Source of the DNA: Candidatus Thorarchaeota archaeon | GTDB lineage: Archaea > Asgardarchaeota > Thorarchaeia > Thorarchaeales > Thorarchaeaceae | DNA length: 64,000 nt | Assembly (NCBI GenBank): GCA_046482545.1 | Contig: JAWOEX010000028.1 | Coordinates: 256,001-320,000, forward strand | Direction: 5' to 3' | Shown: in pieces, positions 61,214 to 64,000 of the stretch | Position numbering within the stretch: position 1 is the stretch's first letter | Layout of the letters: every line of letters starts with the position of its first letter | Translations under genes and position numbers: made by a program | The notes under the pieces: model-generated | Seen by the model: only the letters and a program-made list of their open reading frames with translations | What the model was told of the DNA's origin: nothing | The model's database searches: none

Positions 61214-63871
61214 TCAGGCCGCTCTAGCCATTAGCTGTATGATGGGAGTGACATAGGCTTCAATGACAGATGCTAACAACAAGAAGAAGATAATCAAAGC
61301 ATAGCTGCGCCACGTCCGCATATCGGCCAGCAATTCACGAGTTTTCGAAGGAAACTCAGCCCAATTCTCCTGCATAATGAGAGGAGACAGGTTCCTAGCA
61401 ATGCGAATAGAAATGGCTGCAGAGAGTAAGAAAGCAGGAATCTCTATTATGGCATGAGGAAGGGTACCAGCTAGAAATACAATCAAACCACCATCTGGAG
61501 CATTGAGATAAATCGCGCTCAGACCACCTAAGATAAGTGCTGTTGAGAGTACCTCGGAAATGGCCAAGGACATCAAGCTAAATCGAATATAGTTCAAAAG
61601 TGGGTCACCAGAATCCTTGGTGACGAGTGAATATCCAGCGGTCAGTATCAGTGGGAGAACAATGAGGGCGATAAGGACAAATTGATCATCGTAGATAAAA
61701 TACTCCATCGCAATCAACGTGGCAGCAACCGGTACCCACCATATCTTACCTTTAACTCCATAGACTCCTTTGATGAAGAAAACAACCAAGTATATCGCCA
61801 GAAGAACACTATAGATTATAGCAGCTCTCAAACCAAGTTGCGCTGCAAAACCCCATGGCCAAGCGTTGGGTTGGAAGAATCCTAGGGTCATATCTCTAAA
61901 AGTCCATAGATAGGCTGCAATCGCTCCGGCAAAGATGCCAACTATACTGACGATTCCAATCTTTCGTTCATTCGATTCTTTCTCAAGAGCTAGAAGCCAT
62001 AGAATGGCCGACCAGAAGACTGGCCCGAGTAATAGCATGAGCAAAGTCCGAATCACGTTGTGTTCAGCTATAATTGGAAATATGCTGCCACCGCTGCGTA
62101 ATACAAATGCTTCTAGAACAGCCTCCAATCCGTCAGGAGCCCCAATCTCGTTGAACAACGTGATAATGTACCCCTCGAGCAATCCGGGATCTAGTACTAC
62201 CCCAGCCAAATACACACCAAACAACGAAGCACATACACCACCCAAGAACATGAGCACAGTATCTATCACATCTTTCTGATGAACGCTCAAAAGGGGACCG
62301 GTTTCTTCACCTTGTGAAATTCGCCACTTCTCACGAAAATCGAAGAAGTACAGGATAAAAAGCACAGTGACAATATAAATTGGAACAAATACAATGAACT
62401 GAAATGCTACTCTCAGTAAGTAGTCGGCTCGTATGGGGGGAGTAACTATTGGACGTAATCGATAGAAGATATATGGCCCAAGCGCTGTGGGGGTTGGTTT
62501 TACCGTTAATAGGAAATCCATCCCCGGTAGCAAGAACCATACAGCAACTGCAACAGTTAAAGCAGAAAAGAAAGCAAAGCCTTCCTTACCGCATTGAGTC
62601 CGTCGCAATACATAGTGTCCTAGAACACCAAGAAGAATCATACTTGCAAACGGAATCAGCAACATCATTAGGGCCCAAATCGTGGGCGCGATGAGTATTC
62701 CGTTGTTACGTGCGTTATTGAGCAGAGTAACCACTACTCTGTCGACCATACTGGGAAGGAGAGCGAACTCACCCATCTGAGTGAAGGAGAAATGGAGACA
62801 AACCATCATGACAGCCCCCACAAACGCCCCCGTCACCAAGACCCCACTGGCAAGAGCAGATAGAAAATTCGTAGCTGCATCGCTCCAGTCAAACGACTCT
62901 GCCTTTTCGCGAAATTTTCTTATTGAATCGAAAATGCGTTTGTAGAGAAAAACGGAAAAATCTTCTACTAAGGGGAATATTAGAATGACAAACAGAATGG
63001 GTGGAAAGGCGAAAGCTAATCCCATGCCATAATAACCAATTAGAGTACCGAGCGTACCGGTCTGGATTCCATGAACAATATGAATTCCAATACTAAATAG
63101 TGACCATAAGAGGTTAAGCCTGAAGAACCACCCGAGCACACCTTGCATCATCTCATCGCCTAGGTCTCTTTCACCAAGCTTCAAACCGGCTCCTTTGGCA
63201 ATGCGATTAGAGCCAGGGTATCCAAATCTGTAAATCCACGTTAGGAAGATGAGTACTCCTTGGACATAGGGGCCAATTGCTGTACTCATGTATATAGGGA
63301 TGGATGGTAGAATTGTAACAAGTCCAATGATGAGATAGTCTTTCCATGATTCGCTCCAAGCTTTTTCCTGTACTTTCGGGTCCAGAGGCTGAGGCTCAAC
63401 ATTTTCAAAACGAATGTGGTCAAGCCTGTCGCCAAGCCCAGAGTATTCATCTGTCTCTGGTTCGTTTCCTGTTAGTCTTTTGATAAGATTACTAAACTTG
63501 CGCTTCATGGGATCCTGTAGTGTAAGCTTGACTATCAACACGAGCTGCCCAAAAAGCACAGCTACAAATGATACCATGATCCATGTGAGATAATCCTGCA
63601 GCGCGTAAGTAAACTGAAAAACAAAGTCAGTGATTATCACCCAATATAGGTCCCCAGAACTCACAGTGGGATCAAAGAAGGATGGAAGTCCAGAATTAGG
63701 AGCAAACCATATATTGAGAAGGAAGAAGGTAGCTACCTTTACCGCCATCATTATGATAAATGCTTCAATTAGTCTGTTTCGTCTTTCTCTGAAAAAAATC
63801 AGATAGAAGAGGGCAACTACAAGCGCGGGAATGAATTCAACTAGAATAGTCAAAGGGGTGATACTTACCAT
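61214..63871 (-). CDS. Large polytopic membrane protein with a C-terminal SpoIIM/DUF95-like domain
   Basis: Many hydrophobic helices; LPHAIIEIPA...LLASVIEAYVTP. Confidence 0.75.
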   Translation of the reverse strand: MVSITPLTILVEFIPALVVALFYLIFFRERRNRLIEAFIIMMAVKVATFFLLNIWFAPNSGLPSFFDPTVSSGDLYWVIITDFVFQFTYALQDYLTWIMVSFVAVLFGQLVLIVKLTLQDPMKRKFSNLIKRLTGNEPETDEYSGLGDRLDHIRFENVEPQPLDPKVQEKAWSESWKDYLIIGLVTILPSIPIYMSTAIGPYVQGVLIFLTWIYRFGYPGSNRIAKGAGLKLGERDLGDEMMQGVLGWFFRLNLLWSLFSIGIHIVHGIQTGTLGTLIGYYGMGLAFAFPPILFVILIFPLVEDFSVFLYKRIFDSIRKFREKAESFDWSDAATNFLSALASGVLVTGAFVGAVMMVCLHFSFTQMGEFALLPSMVDRVVVTLLNNARNNGILIAPTIWALMMLLIPFASMILLGVLGHYVLRRTQCGKEGFAFFSALTVAVAVWFLLPGMDFLLTVKPTPTALGPYIFYRLRPIVTPPIRADYLLRVAFQFIVFVPIYIVTVLFILYFFDFREKWRISQGEETGPLLSVHQKDVIDTVLMFLGGVCASLFGVYLAGVVLDPGLLEGYIITLFNEIGAPDGLEAVLEAFVLRSGGSIFPIIAEHNVIRTLLMLLLGPVFWSAILWLLALEKESNERKIGIVSIVGIFAGAIAAYLWTFRDMTLGFFQPNAWPWGFAAQLGLRAAIIYSVLLAIYLVVFFIKGVYGVKGKIWWVPVAATLIAMEYFIYDDQFVLIALIVLPLILTAGYSLVTKDSGDPLLNYIRFSLMSLAISEVLSTALILGGLSAIYLNAPDGGLIVFLAGTLPHAIIEIPAFLLSAAISIRIARNLSPLIMQENWAEFPSKTRELLADMRTWRSYALIIFFLLLASVIEAYVTPIIQLMARAA

Positions 63872-64000
63872 TGGCAGATAACTCCATTCACTACTAGGAC
63901 ACTATTTTAAGAGCATCTTAGTGATAAAGGTTAGTTGGACAGACTCAGAAATATGGAGATCTGGGATATTTCATCAAGTCGGATTATAGCTATACCAAAA

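Noticed and set aside
132-62694. Numerous 60-220 aa ORFs overlapping assigned genes (e.g. 31770..32399, 51336..52004, 55360..55968)
   Set aside because: Antisense or alternate-frame shadows of well-supported CDSs
1-64000. CRISPR array, rRNA, prophage or known defence operon
   Set aside because: No regularly spaced repeats, rRNA-like segments, integrase or viral hallmark genes were seen

Overview
Archaeal chromosomal window, most likely Asgard (Thorarchaeia-like). The lineage call is an inference from two TFBs, longin/Arf-GTPase eukaryotic-signature proteins, a group 3b [NiFe] hydrogenase, AOR and MutS/MutL. Core content: AOR with MoaD/ThiS proteins, a kbl-type PLP enzyme, a ThiF/MoaD divergent pair, ppa, nadA, an NAD-kinase/wHTH fusion, a beta-CASP nuclease, tRNA-Cys(GCA), a GH3 glucosidase, cysS, a LarA homologue, a feoA/split-feoB/feoC operon, two tandem TFB paralogues, an NADH oxidase-type flavoprotein, a four-gene sulfhydrogenase operon, ACD alpha, VIT1 plus a decayed paralogue, mutS-rpe-tal-amidohydrolase-mutL, and a ~1960-aa surface glycoprotein gene interrupted by a complete 986-bp IS5-family (IS903-like) element with a 9-bp target duplication. 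The most striking item is a tandem pair of paralogues (11645-15443) sharing the architecture longin-(GTPase)-longin-wHTH-wHTH. One carries an intact Arf-like GTPase and the other a degenerate pseudo-GTPase, recalling the NPRL2/NPRL3 (GATOR1) and Rag heterodimers. All domain calls are by-eye motif recognition; no database searches were run.
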